This document shows positions 52,597-63,731 of a stretch of DNA of 64,000 bases, one piece after another. Every line of letters begins with the position of its first letter. Position 1 is the first letter of the stretch. Source of the DNA: Anaerolineales bacterium (lineage in GTDB: Bacteria > Chloroflexota > Anaerolineae > Anaerolineales > UBA11579); assembly GCA_019637755.1 (NCBI GenBank), contig JAHBVC010000001.1, positions 1,453,181 to 1,517,180 on the forward strand, read 5' to 3'. The notes under the pieces were generated by a model. The model did not search any database, was not told where the DNA came from, and worked only from the letters and a program-made list of their open reading frames with translations. A program made the translations under genes and the position numbers.

Positions 52597-54618
52597 TTAG
52601 TGCAGCGGGATTAATAGGCTATGAAGAGTGTATTCGCCATCCGCGGCGTGGTTGTAGACGCGTACTGGCACCAGGCGGATAGCCACCACCCCTTCGCTTG
52701 CTACCGCCGCCGGCAGCGGTACCGTATGGCCGCGGCCCGGCTGCGCCGCCAGGTGCACGCGGCCAAGCTCGGTTTCATTCTCGCCCAGCAAGTAGAGATC
52801 AAAGGCATCCCCCGCGCTGGTGCTGAGTTCTAACGTGGAGGTGAAGATGCGTTCGGCAAAGCTCACTTGGGCGGCGGCACCCTGGCCAGCAAAGCTCAGT
52901 TGCACCTCGGCGGGTTGGCCGGGCTGCAGGGCCACGGTGGCGCTGGCCAGTTTGGGGAAGCGAAACGCAGTGAGATGCTCGGGGAGCCAATCGGTGAACG
53001 GGCGCGTATTCAACGCCCAGATGGCCTGCCAGCGCTCGGGCGTGAACAGTGGCCCGTGCGTGACGCGGCGGATGGCCTGGTAGTACGTGTCGAGCGCCGC
53101 ATCCGGTAGCTGATTGATCTGGCCCGCCTCGATCTCCAGGTAGCCCTCAGGGATGCGGCGCATGAAGTGGCCGCTGCGCCAGTTGGGATTGTAGATCGGT
53201 GGCACGCGTGCCAGCAAACCATCGGTGAGCGCCAGGCCGTGGATGAAATACACCTGCGGGCCGGCGTAATAGCCCGTAAAGCCATTGGCGCCTTGTGGCA
53301 GGTAGGTCACGCCGTCTTGCGCTTCTGCGCTGGCGCGCAGTTCGCGGCCCAGCTCGATCCAGTCGTTCTCCGCTTCCAGGCGAAAGCCGGTGCCGCGCCA
53401 CAACATACGCGCCAGGTAGGCCGCCTTGTTCAAAAGGGTGTGTTCGGGCTGGCTGTTGAAGGCGTGCAGCGCATCAATCCGCACCAGATTGGTCTGGGCG
53501 TAGATCATGCGCTCATCCACTACGCCTTGCCAGCGCGCGGTGGAGAAATCGCGTGCATACAGAAAATAGGGTGGCGATGCGGCCAGCAGGCTGAGCCCAA
53601 AGGCGGCGGCCAGCAACGCACCGCGCCCGCGCGGGCGCAAAGCCGGCAACAGGTACACCACCAGCAGCAGAGTGCTGGCCAGGTAGGCCGCCGAAAGGAA
53701 GCGCCCGCCCATGAAATCACCGCCGATTTGCAAAATATAGGCTAGATACAGCAAGATGCCGGCCGCCACCAGCCGCGGGCGGGCTTGCTGGCTCCATAGT
53801 GCCGTTGCCAACCCGGCCAGAATGACCGCCCAGGTCAGTGGGTCGAAGCGCAGGGTGAAATAGAAATAATTCAGCCCGGCCCACGCTTCCTGCGCCGCGC
53901 TTACATAATTAAGCGCCTTGGCGTAGTAGGTGTTCGGAAAGGGGAAGCCGTAGTACACGATGGAAAAGACTTCCCAGGCGATCAATGGCAGAAAGCCGAG
54001 CAGCAAGCTGCCCAGCGCCGCCAGTTTCTTCGGGTTGCGCCACCATAGATAAGCCAGCGCCGGCCCATAAAACAAGATCGTATCCAGCCGGTTTAGCGCA
54101 GCCAGTCCAGCCACCAAAGCCAGCGCCAGCAAATGGTCTTGCTGCTTAGGCTGGCGCAAAAAGAGCCACAAGAAAACAGCCAGGAGCAAATGCGTCAGCG
54201 GATTTTCCAATCCTGAGGTGGAGTAATCAACAAATGCGGTTGAGAGGCACAGCAGGCCCAGGCCCAGCAGGCCGTGCCAGGCCGTCTGGCCGATGCGCCG
54301 CAAGAGCAGCCAGGCCAGCCCCAGGGTACAGGCAAGGCTGATGGCAATACTGGTCAGATAGATCTCATGGGTGAAGGCGTAGGCACCACTGAGCAGCAAA
54401 ACCCACAACGGGTGGGTAAATCCCTGCACGCGCTCGGTCACGTTCCAGGTCAGCCCGTAGCCATTGATGAAGTTGTCTACACTGCGGAAGGAGAAATAGG
54501 CATCATCCGTCATCCAGGCATGGCTGAGCACCAGCCAAACCACCAGCAGCAGCGCCAGCCCTTGGAAGATCACCGGCTGTTGCTTTAGCCGGTTCCAGAG
54601 ATTGTTTATCGTTTGCAT
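52597..54618 (-). CDS. large polytopic membrane protein, GT-C-fold glycosyltransferase-like
   Basis: At least 12 predicted TM helices, an early-loop acidic motif WMTDDAYFSFRS, and a soluble C-terminal domain of about 250 aa. Confidence 0.5.
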   Translation of the reverse strand: MQTINNLWNRLKQQPVIFQGLALLLVVWLVLSHAWMTDDAYFSFRSVDNFINGYGLTWNVTERVQGFTHPLWVLLLSGAYAFTHEIYLTSIAISLACTLGLAWLLLRRIGQTAWHGLLGLGLLCLSTAFVDYSTSGLENPLTHLLLAVFLWLFLRQPKQQDHLLALALVAGLAALNRLDTILFYGPALAYLWWRNPKKLAALGSLLLGFLPLIAWEVFSIVYYGFPFPNTYYAKALNYVSAAQEAWAGLNYFYFTLRFDPLTWAVILAGLATALWSQQARPRLVAAGILLYLAYILQIGGDFMGGRFLSAAYLASTLLLVVYLLPALRPRGRGALLAAAFGLSLLAASPPYFLYARDFSTARWQGVVDERMIYAQTNLVRIDALHAFNSQPEHTLLNKAAYLARMLWRGTGFRLEAENDWIELGRELRASAEAQDGVTYLPQGANGFTGYYAGPQVYFIHGLALTDGLLARVPPIYNPNWRSGHFMRRIPEGYLEIEAGQINQLPDAALDTYYQAIRRVTHGPLFTPERWQAIWALNTRPFTDWLPEHLTAFRFPKLASATVALQPGQPAEVQLSFAGQGAAAQVSFAERIFTSTLELSTSAGDAFDLYLLGENETELGRVHLAAQPGRGHTVPLPAAVASEGVVAIRLVPVRVYNHAADGEYTLHSLLIPLH

Positions 54619-54627
54619 AAACTCCTG

Positions 54628-55641
54628 CTACATACGCTGCGCCTGGCGCACCTCGCGCAGCAAGGCCAGCCAACTGTCGTCATGGCCCGGTTGGCGTTGG
54701 CGCTGCCACCAGATTACGAAGGGAAAAACAAAGTATAGCCAGTGATAGGCATTCAGCCCGATCGGGATCAGCATCAACCAGGCGGCCAGCCAGCTCGCCA
54801 GCAGTTCGCGCCCGCGCAAGCCGCCGAGTGCTGGCAAAAGTACGATCCAATGATAGGGAAGTGAAAACGGATAGAGCAGCGAGCCAGCCGCCACCATCTG
54901 CAGCCAATCGGTGCGCTGGCTGAGCAGCAGCAGCACCAGCCCGGCCAGCGGCGGCAACCAACCGGTGACCGGCCAGCCAGCCGCCGAGAGATGCGTGCCG
55001 CGCACCGCCAAGGTGGCGATCAGTTGTGCTGGCCAGCCCGGCCACAGCAGCCAACTGAGCAGCCCGCAGCCCAACGCCGCCAGAAACCAGTGTTTGCTTG
55101 CCAATACGCTGAAGCCTACAAAGGTCGCCTTCATTAACACCAGCGGCGCCAACCAGGGCAGCCCAAGAATGCCCAGCACAGCCAGGCCATCGATCTGCCC
55201 GGCCCACAGCACGATCGCCACCTGCGGGGTCAATATCGCCAGCAGCGTGGCCGCTACGCGCGCCGGGTTCTTGGCCAGGGTGCCTTGGTGAAAGGTGTAG
55301 ATTGCCACTGCGGCGATAGTGAGCCCATTCAGCAGCGCCAACCCGCTGCGCCACGGCAGGCTGGCCAGCGGGCGCAAAATAATCGAGGTCCAGGGTGGGT
55401 AATACACATCGGTGGCGCGGTTGGCGAAATACATCACCAGCCAATCATGCCCCAGCAGCGGCGCATCGCGCAGTGCCCAGCCAAGCGCCAAGCCGCCAGC
55501 CAGGGTCAGGGCCAGCAGGTCGAGGCGCAGGCGCGTGGTGTGTGCGGGGGGCCAAATTCGATCGAGCGCAGTATTCAGGCGGTGTAGCAGGCCAGGCATC
55601 TCGCCACAGAATAAACCCATTCTTGCTCTGCGGGCAAGCAA
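54628..55641 (-). CDS. polytopic membrane protein (possibly DUF2029/GT-C-like)
   Basis: Nine or ten hydrophobic helices. The start is uncertain. Confidence 0.4.
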   Translation of the reverse strand: MLARRARMGLFCGEMPGLLHRLNTALDRIWPPAHTTRLRLDLLALTLAGGLALGWALRDAPLLGHDWLVMYFANRATDVYYPPWTSIILRPLASLPWRSGLALLNGLTIAAVAIYTFHQGTLAKNPARVAATLLAILTPQVAIVLWAGQIDGLAVLGILGLPWLAPLVLMKATFVGFSVLASKHWFLAALGCGLLSWLLWPGWPAQLIATLAVRGTHLSAAGWPVTGWLPPLAGLVLLLLSQRTDWLQMVAAGSLLYPFSLPYHWIVLLPALGGLRGRELLASWLAAWLMLIPIGLNAYHWLYFVFPFVIWWQRQRQPGHDDSWLALLREVRQAQRM

Positions 55642-55672
55642 AAAGCCTCAGGCTCTGCCTGAGGCTTTTTCT
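55640..55672 (-). terminator. hairpin terminator downstream of tRNA-Pro
   Basis: A-run, then GCCTCAGG-CTCTG-CCTGAGGC, then T-run. Confidence 0.6.
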
Positions 55673-55675
55673 CAG

Positions 55676-55750
55676 TCGGGGCGAAAGGATTTGAACCTTC
55701 GACCTCACCGTCCCGAACGGTGCGCGCTAGCCGGGCTGCGCCACGCCCCG
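55676..55750 (-). tRNA. tRNA-Pro (anticodon CGG)
   Basis: Hand fold: acceptor CGGGGCG/CGCCCCG, D stem GCGC/GCGC, anticodon arm CACCG-UUCGGGA-CGGUG, T arm GAAGG-TTCAAAT-CCTTT. Confidence 0.9.
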
Positions 55751-55782
55751 AATGAGGTGCAGATTATATCGTGCTTTGTGGG

Positions 55783-57021
55783 CTAGCGCTCCTGCGGCAG
55801 GCGCAAGACAAAACGGCTGCCCTTGCCTTCCACGCTCTCCGCGCTCAACTGGCCGCCGTGCATCTCCACCAGGGTGCGCGCAATCGAGAGCCCCAGGCCC
55901 ATGCCACCGTGGCGGCGAGTCATGTGATCCTCCACCTGGTAGAAGCGATCGAAGATGCGCGGCAAGTCTGCTGCCGGGATGCCAATTCCGCTATCGGCCA
56001 CCGTCACGATCGCCTCACCGTCGGCGGCGCTCACCTCTACCTGCACGCGCCCCGCGCGGTTGGTGAAGCGCAGCGCATTTTTGAGCAGGTGATCAAGCGC
56101 CACGAACATTTTAGTGCTATCGGCGTTGACGAGGACCGCCTCTGCCGCGGCCAGCGTAAGCTGAATGCCTGCTTCGGCTGCATTGGTTTGGTGTGCCGTC
56201 ACCAAGCGGCGGGCTTGGTCTGCCAGGTCATAGTGGTGCACGCGCAGCACGGAGGTGCCGTTTTGCGCCAGCTCGATCTTCGAAAGGTCTTCAACGATGT
56301 CTTTCAGGCGTAGGGCGGCCTTTTCGATCACCAGGCTTTGTTGCCGGGCCTCGCCTTCCTCCAGGATGCCGGCCAGGAAACTGGCGTGCCCGAGGATCAG
56401 GCCCAGCGGAATGCGCAACTCATGCGATGTGATCGCAATGAAGTCGTTGCGCATCTTGTCCAGCTCGGCCAGGGTGGTGTAGCCCTGGCGTGCTTGCTGC
56501 AGCATCTCGGCGTTTTCGATACTGATCGCCGCCTGGGCGGCCAAGGCCTCCATCGCCAGCACATCGGCGTGGTCGAATTCGCCACTGCGTTTGTCGGCCG
56601 CGCACAGCACGCCCAGTGCGCTGCCCTCCACCACGATGGGCACCGCCAGCAGGCTGCGCAGCCCCCATTGGGGTTGCGCAGCGGCCAGCACTGCCCAGCG
56701 GCTGCGGTAGGCCTGGCCGATCGGATTGTCATCCAGGTTCAGGCGCAGCGTTGCGCTTTGTTCGGCGCTCAGCCAGGGTGCTGCTTCAAAATACAAATCC
56801 TGCTGGCCGGGGTCGTAGCGCAGCACTGCGCCCTGGCTGCTATCGGTCAGCGTGGCGGCGAAGCGCACCAGTGCCTTGTACAACTCGTGGGGCTGCAAGG
56901 TGGCGCTCAGGCTGCGGCAAGCCTCCAGCACGGCTTGCAGGCGTGCTGTGGGTTGCGCGGCTGAGCTGTCGGGTGTATGGCTGGGCATCTGGCGAGTATA
57001 CGCGCGCGCTGAGGAGTGCAT
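55783..57021 (-). CDS. GAF-domain sensor histidine kinase
   Basis: GAF segment, H-box FIAITSHELRIPL, and ATPase motifs DSGIGI and GGMGLGLSIAR. The start is uncertain. Confidence 0.85.
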   Translation of the reverse strand: MHSSARAYTRQMPSHTPDSSAAQPTARLQAVLEACRSLSATLQPHELYKALVRFAATLTDSSQGAVLRYDPGQQDLYFEAAPWLSAEQSATLRLNLDDNPIGQAYRSRWAVLAAAQPQWGLRSLLAVPIVVEGSALGVLCAADKRSGEFDHADVLAMEALAAQAAISIENAEMLQQARQGYTTLAELDKMRNDFIAITSHELRIPLGLILGHASFLAGILEEGEARQQSLVIEKAALRLKDIVEDLSKIELAQNGTSVLRVHHYDLADQARRLVTAHQTNAAEAGIQLTLAAAEAVLVNADSTKMFVALDHLLKNALRFTNRAGRVQVEVSAADGEAIVTVADSGIGIPAADLPRIFDRFYQVEDHMTRRHGGMGLGLSIARTLVEMHGGQLSAESVEGKGSRFVLRLPQER

Positions 57022-57063
57022 GCAGTTAAAAAAGCCGTATAATTTTTTGCAGAGGTATTACTT

Positions 57064-57816
57064 ATGTCCGGTCATAGTAAATGGTCCACGATTAAGCGCA
57101 AGAAAGCGGTTACCGATGCCAAGCGTGGCGCGGTGTTCACCCGTCTGGCGCGCGAAATTGCGATTGCCGCCCGCGAAGGTGGCGGCAACCCTGATACCAA
57201 CTTCTCCTTACGCCTGGCGATCGATAAAGCGCGCGGCGAAAACATGCCCAGCGACAACATTGACCGTGCGATTAAACGTGGCACGGGTGAGGATAAAGAC
57301 GGGGCTACGCTGGATCAGGTGACCTATGAAGGCTTTGGCCCGCATGGCGTTGCCGTGATTGTGGACGCAGTGACGGATAATCGCAATCGCACCGTGTCTG
57401 ATCTGCGCCATCTCTTCAGCCGCAGCGGCGGCAACCTGGGCGAGAGTGGCTCGGTGAGCTGGCAGTTTGACCGCGTGGCCTTCTTCGCCTTTGAAGCCAA
57501 TGGCAAGAGCGAAGAAGAGCTGTTTGAACTGGTGGTGGATGCGGGCGCCGAAGACCTCTGGTACGAAGATGGCCAGGTGGAAGTGACCGGCCCGGTGGAC
57601 GCGTTCAAGCGCATTGGCGATGCCCTCAAGGATGCCAAGATCGCGGTGAAGGATGCCGGCCTGCGCATGCAAGCCAAGCAGGAGATCGAACTGGGCGCCA
57701 GCGAGAGCTTGCAGGTCATGCGCTTCATGGAATCTCTCGAGGAGCTGGATGATGTGCAAACCACCGCCAGCAACCTCAACATCAGCGACGAAGTTTTGGC
57801 CCAATTGGCTGACTAG
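57064..57816 (+). CDS. yebC: YebC/PmpR-family transcriptional regulator
   Basis: MSGHSKWSTIKRKKAVTDAKRG. Confidence 0.95.
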   Translation: MSGHSKWSTIKRKKAVTDAKRGAVFTRLAREIAIAAREGGGNPDTNFSLRLAIDKARGENMPSDNIDRAIKRGTGEDKDGATLDQVTYEGFGPHGVAVIVDAVTDNRNRTVSDLRHLFSRSGGNLGESGSVSWQFDRVAFFAFEANGKSEEELFELVVDAGAEDLWYEDGQVEVTGPVDAFKRIGDALKDAKIAVKDAGLRMQAKQEIELGASESLQVMRFMESLEELDDVQTTASNLNISDEVLAQLAD

Positions 57817-57821
57817 CGCCT

Positions 57822-58322
57822 ATGCTGGCCGTTGGGATTGACCCCGGAACAGCGATCACTGGCTATGGTTTTGTGCACCAGACGCCAGCCGGGGATTTGC
57901 AGTGCGTGGATTGGGGCGTCATCCTCACCCCGGCCAAGATGCCGTTGGGTGAGCGTTTGGCGCACATCCACGCCAGCCTGGCGGCCTTGTTGGCCGCCCA
58001 CCGCCCGCAGAGTGCCGCGGTGGAATCGCTCTTTTTCCAGCGCAATGTGCGCACGGCGATGAGCGTGGGCCAGGCGCGCGGCGTGGTGTTGCTGGCCATG
58101 CAGCAAGCCGGCTTGGCCGTCAGTGACTACACCCCCAATCAAGTCAAGCAAGCCGTCAGTGGCTATGGGGCTGCGGATAAGCAACAAATGCAAAGTATGG
58201 TGAAAACCCTCCTCGGCCTGCGTGAATTACCCAAGCCGGATGACGCCGCCGATGCGCTGGCGGTGGCCATCTGCCATCTCACCACGCGCCGCAGCCTGGC
58301 GGCGCTGGAGCGTGCCCAATGA
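57822..58322 (+). CDS. ruvC: Holliday junction resolvase RuvC
   Basis: GIDPGTAITGYG, KQAVSGYGAADKQQ, DAADALAVAICH. Confidence 0.95.
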   Translation: MLAVGIDPGTAITGYGFVHQTPAGDLQCVDWGVILTPAKMPLGERLAHIHASLAALLAAHRPQSAAVESLFFQRNVRTAMSVGQARGVVLLAMQQAGLAVSDYTPNQVKQAVSGYGAADKQQMQSMVKTLLGLRELPKPDDAADALAVAICHLTTRRSLAALERAQ

Positions 58323-59574
58323 GCGAATGGGATCTGTTTTTGCGCTTCGGCGCGGCGCTGCTGATCGGCTTCTCGATCGGCTTGCAGCGCGAATTCTCGC
58401 ACGGGCGGCGCGGCAAGAACATCCCAGCCGGCGAGCGCACCTTTGCGTTGTTCTCGTTGGCCGGCAGCCTGGCGGCGATGGCCTCCGATCGCTTCCAACA
58501 GCCTTTGATCTTCTTTGGCTTGTTGTTGGCGGTGGCGCTGATGCTGGTGGTGGGCTATTACTTCAAGGCCAGTGATCAGCATGTCGGTATGACCACCGAG
58601 ACGGCTATCCTCATCACAGTAATGTTGGGTGGCCTGTGCTATTGGGATTATGTCGGCCTGGCCGTGGCGCTGGGTGTTGCTACCACGCTGATCCTGTCGC
58701 TCAAGTTGGAAACCGACCGCCTGGTTAAGTCACTCACCCGCGAAGATATTCAAGCGGCGTTGCAGTTCTTGGTGATCACCGCGGTGGTGTTGCCAGTGCT
58801 ACCCAATGAAGCGCTCTTCCCCCCGCCGTTTGACGTGCTCAATCCCTTCAAGATCTGGCTGATGGTCGTATTGATCTCAGGCATCAGCTTTTTGGCCTAT
58901 GTGCTCATCAAGGTACTGGGCGGTGAGCAGGGCCTGGGGCTATCTGGCTTGCTCGGCGGCCTGGTGTCCAGCACCGCCGTCACGCTCAGCTTCACGGCGC
59001 GTAGCAAGAAGCAAGCGCGCCTGGTGCGCATGCTGGGCTTCGGCATCCTGCTGGCCTGGTCGGTCATGTTTGCGCGCGTAATCGTGCAGATTGCCATCGT
59101 CAACGCCGCCCTGGTAGCCATCGTCTGGAAACCGCTCAGCCTCGCTGCGCTGGCGGGTTTGGCCTATGCCTTCTATTTATATGTTGCCAAGCGCAGCCCC
59201 GGCAAAAGCCAGGTGGAGTTTGATAATCCGTTTGATCTGAAGGCGGCGCTGCGTTTTGGCTTGCTGTATGGGTTTATCTTGCTGATCAACCGCGCTGCTC
59301 AGCTCTATCTGGGTGAAGTGGGCGTGCTGGTTTCCAGCTTCCTGGCGGGTTTCTCGGATTCGAATGCGATCACCCTCAGTCTGGCCGAGCTCAGCCATAG
59401 TGGTGGCCTCAGCCTGGATACGGCGGCCCACGGTATCGTCATCGCCACGATGACGAATACCTTGTTCAAGGGCGGCATCGTGCTCAGCGGCGCTTCGCTT
59501 GGCTTGCGCCGTGCCATCTGGCCCGGCATGCTGCTGGTGGTGCTGGTGGGCATTGGTTCGGCGTTCCTGCTCAC

Positions 59575-59578
<4 letters not shown>
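58319..59578 (+). CDS. MgtC/SapB-family + DUF4010 membrane protein
   Basis: LRFGAALLIGFSIGLQRE N-terminus and about 12 TM helices. It has ATGA overlaps with both ruvC and ruvA. Confidence 0.7.
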
Positions 59579-60152
<574 letters not shown>

Positions 60153-60156
<4 letters not shown>

Positions 60157-60995
60157 TCCTGCGTATCTGCGGGGCGGCCTACATCTCCACCGTGTACCAA
60201 AACCTGCTCCTCCAGTGCGGCGATGCGTGAGCGCATCTCGCGTTCCAGCGCTGCCAAGGTGTCGCGGCCCTCTTCTTGATCAGCCTTCAACTCGCTGCGC
60301 ATCTGCATCGCCGGAGAGAGATCCAGCTCGCGGATGGTTTGCTCCATATCAAAGATCATGCCTTCCAGTTGGCGCAGCTCCACGCTGAGGCGCGCCAGCT
60401 CGGCGGCCGGGCTGGCACCCAGCTCGCCTTCCAGCCGGCGGCGCTGCTCCAGCGCCTCCAGCGCCCGCAGGTTCTTGGCACTGTAGGCCTGATTGACCTC
60501 GGCCATGATCTCTTCGTGCCACTTTTTCTGCTCTTCACTGTGCGCCAGGTCCGGGTGGTAGCGTTTGGCCAACCGGCGGAACAGATCGCGCACGCGCCGT
60601 TCGTAATTCACGTCATGTGAGCTGGGCGCGGCATGCTTTTTAAAGGGAATGTCCTCCGCTGGCGGCTGGCCGCCCTCGGCGGTGCTTCGTCGCCCGGCAC
60701 CCGTTGGGGCGCTGTGGCCACGGGCGCCGCGCCAATCGTTGGCGGGGGGCGCCTGATCGGCGGTGAGAACATCTAGCTGGCGCTGCAAGCGCTGCAGTTC
60801 GGCTTCCAGGGGGCCGATGCGCTGGTTATAGCGGGCGGTAAACTCCAGCAGAGCACCGCGGGTATTGCCCAGCTCGACTTCGAGCAGCTCAATATACTCG
60901 TGGCGGCGCGCCACCTTGGCGCGCAGGCTGTCGAGTTCGGCCTGTAATGGGCTGGTGAGGCTGTTGGTCTTTGTCATCGGCAAAATTGAGGCCAA
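60153..60995 (-). CDS. J-domain protein flanked by coiled coils
   Basis: LFRRLAKRYHPDL (HPD motif), with heptad-like regions on both sides. Confidence 0.7.
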
Positions 60996-61131
60996 TTATA
61001 ACGAGCCTGCCGTGGCGGCCCAAGGGCGCTAATTACTTTGTGAAATACTGGACTAATACGGGCCTATCTGTTATCATCTACCCAAATGCCAACCGGCTAA
61101 TCCCTTTCGCTACATGCGGAGACGTTAACCC

Positions 61132-62775
61132 ATGACTGACATGATCAAAGACATTTCTTCCAGCCTGCAAAAGCAGATCGAGGCCTTCAAGCCTGAATTT
61201 GAGCTGCGCGACGTAGGTACGGTGACCGCCGCGGGCGATGGTATTGCCCGCGCCTCAGGCTTGGCGCAAGTTCAGGCCCAGGAGCTCGTCCAGTTTGAAA
61301 ACGGCGTGATGGGCATTGCCTTCAACTTGGAGCGTGACAACGTCGGTATCATCGTCATGGGAGATTTCTCCGGCATCGAAGAGGGCATGACCGTGCGCTC
61401 CACCGGCCGTATCGCCTCGGTGCCCGTTGGCGATGCCTTGGTAGGCCGCGTGGTGAATGCGCTCGGCGAGCCGATCGACGGCAAAGGCCCCATCGCCTTC
61501 ACCCAGTACCGCCCGATCGAGCGTATTGCCCCCGGCGTAATTCGCCGCAAAGACGTAGATACCCCGGTGCAGACCGGTATCAAGGGTATTGACGCCCTGA
61601 CCCCGGTGGGCCGCGGCCAGCGTGAGCTGATCATCGGTGACCGCCAGACCGGCAAGACCGCCTTGGCGATCGATGCCATCATCAACCAAAAAGGCAAGAA
61701 CCTGCTGTGCATCTATGTAGCCATCGGTCAGAAGAAGGCCGCCATCGCCCGCACGGTAGCCATCCTCGAAGAGCGCGGCGCCATGGAGCACACCGTGATC
61801 GTGGTGGCCTCGGCGGATGAGTCGGCCGCGTTGCAATACATTGCGCCTTACGCTGGCTGCGCCATCGGTGAAGAATTCATGGAGACCGGGCGCGATGCGC
61901 TCATCGTCTATGATGACCTTTCCAAGCATGCTTGGGCCTACCGTCAGGTATCCCTGCTGCTGCGCCGCCCCCCTGGCCGTGAAGCTTACCCGGGTGACCT
62001 GTTTTACCTGCACTCCCGCTTACTGGAACGTGCCGCCCGCCTGGCGGATGGCTATGTGATCGTCCCCAACAGCTTCAGTGGTGACGTGGCCGAAGAAAAA
62101 GATGGCCAAGCCTTCTCTGGCCCGCTGGCCAAGCACAACGCCGAGGAAGCCCTCAAGGGCGCCAAGGACAGCAAGATCGTGCGCCTCAAGAACTCCGGTG
62201 GCTCGCTGACTGCGCTGCCGATCATTGAAACCCTGCTGGGTGACGTGTCTGCCTACGTGCCCACCAACGTAATTTCCATTACGGACGGCCAGATTTACTT
62301 GGAAGCCAACCTCTTCTATGCAGGCATCCGCCCGGCGATCAACGCCGGTCTGTCGGTGTCGCGCGTGGGTGGTGACGCCCAGACCAAGGCTATGAAGCAG
62401 GTGGCCGGTGGTCTGCGTTTGGACATGGCCTCCTTCCGCGAGCTGGCCGCCTTCGCCCAGTTTGGTTCCGGTCTGGACAAGGCCACCCAGGCTCAGCTGA
62501 GCCGCGGCCAGCGTCTGCAAGAGATCCTCAAGCAGCCGCAGTACGCCCCGGTAGCCCTGGAGCACGAAGTGGCGGTGATCTACGCCGGCACCAGCGGCCT
62601 GGCCGACAACATTGAGATCGAGCGCGTCAACGAATGGGAAGCGTCCCTAGTGCGCTTCCTGGATGCTTCGCACGGAGACCTGCTCAAGGAAATTCGTGAG
62701 AAGAAGGCCCTCAGCGACGAGCTCAAGGCTCGCCTCAAGAGCGCCATCGAAACCTTCAACAGCACGTGGAGCTAG
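61132..62775 (+). CDS. atpA: F1 ATP synthase alpha subunit, with an internal insertion of about 45 aa
   Basis: GDRQTGKT Walker A, then [27 protein letters not shown]..[insert]..[12 protein letters not shown]. It is 547 aa, against about 500-515 aa typically. Confidence 0.97.
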   Translation: MTDMIKDISSSLQKQIEAFKPEFELRDVGTVTAAGDGIARASGLAQVQAQELVQFENGVMGIAFNLERDNVGIIVMGDFSGIEEGMTVRSTGRIASVPVGDALVGRVVNALGEPIDGKGPIAFTQYRPIERIAPGVIRRKDVDTPVQTGIKGIDALTPVGRGQRELIIGDRQTGKTALAIDAIINQKGKNLLCIYVAIGQKKAAIARTVAILEERGAMEHTVIVVASADESAALQYIAPYAGCAIGEEFMETGRDALIVYDDLSKHAWAYRQVSLLLRRPPGREAYPGDLFYLHSRLLERAARLADGYVIVPNSFSGDVAEEKDGQAFSGPLAKHNAEEALKGAKDSKIVRLKNSGGSLTALPIIETLLGDVSAYVPTNVISITDGQIYLEANLFYAGIRPAINAGLSVSRVGGDAQTKAMKQVAGGLRLDMASFRELAAFAQFGSGLDKATQAQLSRGQRLQEILKQPQYAPVALEHEVAVIYAGTSGLADNIEIERVNEWEASLVRFLDASHGDLLKEIREKKALSDELKARLKSAIETFNSTWS

Positions 62776-62814
62776 CTAACAGTCAACTGTCTTCTGTAGA
62801 CTGTCAACTATACA

Positions 62815-63720
62815 ATGGCTAATACACGCGAAATTCGCTTACGCATCAAGAGCATCAAGAACATCTCGCAGGTGACCCGCGCCCTGCAGGCCGTTTCGGC
62901 CAGCCGCGTGCGTAAAGCCATGGAGATGGTGCAAGCTACGCGGCCGTATTCCACCAAGGCCTGGCAGGTGCTTACGCATATCGCCAAGCAGCCGGGCCGC
63001 AGCAATCTGCACCCGCTGCTGCTGGAGCGCCCCGAAGTCAAGAGCGCGCTGGTGGTCATGGTCAGTGGTGATCGCGGCCTGGCTGGCCCGTACAACACCA
63101 ACGTGCTGCGCCACACGCTCAGTCATTTCCAAAATTACCCGGTGCCGGTGCGCTTCATCCCCGTCGGCCGCAAGGGTGCTGAGCTACTGTTCCGCCGTGG
63201 CCTGAATGTGATGGCCCAGTTCACCGATATGCCCGCCGAGCCCAAGTTCTCGGATGTTTCGGCGATTGGCCGCATCCTTGTGGACGAATTTCTGGCGGGC
63301 ACAGCCGATGAAGTCTTCCTGGTCTATACCGACTTCGTCAACATGATCCGCCAGGCGCCCGTGATCAAGAAGCTGCTGCCCTTGGAGTTTGAAGATAGCG
63401 AGGGTTTGGTGCAGGCGGAGATGGGCAAGAGTGTGGCCCAGGATGGCCCCACGGCTTCCTACATCTATGAGCCGGGCCAGTACGAAATTTTAGAAGAGAT
63501 CGTGCCGCGCTTTACCGCGCTGCAGGTTTATCAGGCCCTTTTGGAATCCTTTGCCAGCGAGCACGCCGCCCGCATGGTGGCGATGAAGAACGCCACGGAT
63601 AACGCCAGCGAGCTGGGCAAGGGCCTTACCCTCGAATATAACAAGGTGCGCCAGCAGGGCATTACCAACGAAATGTTGGATATTGCCGGCGGCGCGGAAG
63701 CGCTGGCCCAGGCCAGCTAG
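62815..63720 (+). CDS. atpG: F1 ATP synthase gamma subunit
   Basis: [35 protein letters not shown] and C-terminal [15 protein letters not shown]. Confidence 0.95.
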   Translation: MANTREIRLRIKSIKNISQVTRALQAVSASRVRKAMEMVQATRPYSTKAWQVLTHIAKQPGRSNLHPLLLERPEVKSALVVMVSGDRGLAGPYNTNVLRHTLSHFQNYPVPVRFIPVGRKGAELLFRRGLNVMAQFTDMPAEPKFSDVSAIGRILVDEFLAGTADEVFLVYTDFVNMIRQAPVIKKLLPLEFEDSEGLVQAEMGKSVAQDGPTASYIYEPGQYEILEEIVPRFTALQVYQALLESFASEHAARMVAMKNATDNASELGKGLTLEYNKVRQQGITNEMLDIAGGAEALAQAS

Positions 63721-63731
63721 CGGAGGAACGG

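Noticed and set aside
62050-62193. The atpA insertion might be an intein or mobile insertion.
   Set aside because: At about 48 aa it is far too short. It has no Cys/Ser/Thr...His-Asn splice-junction motifs, and its composition is host-like.
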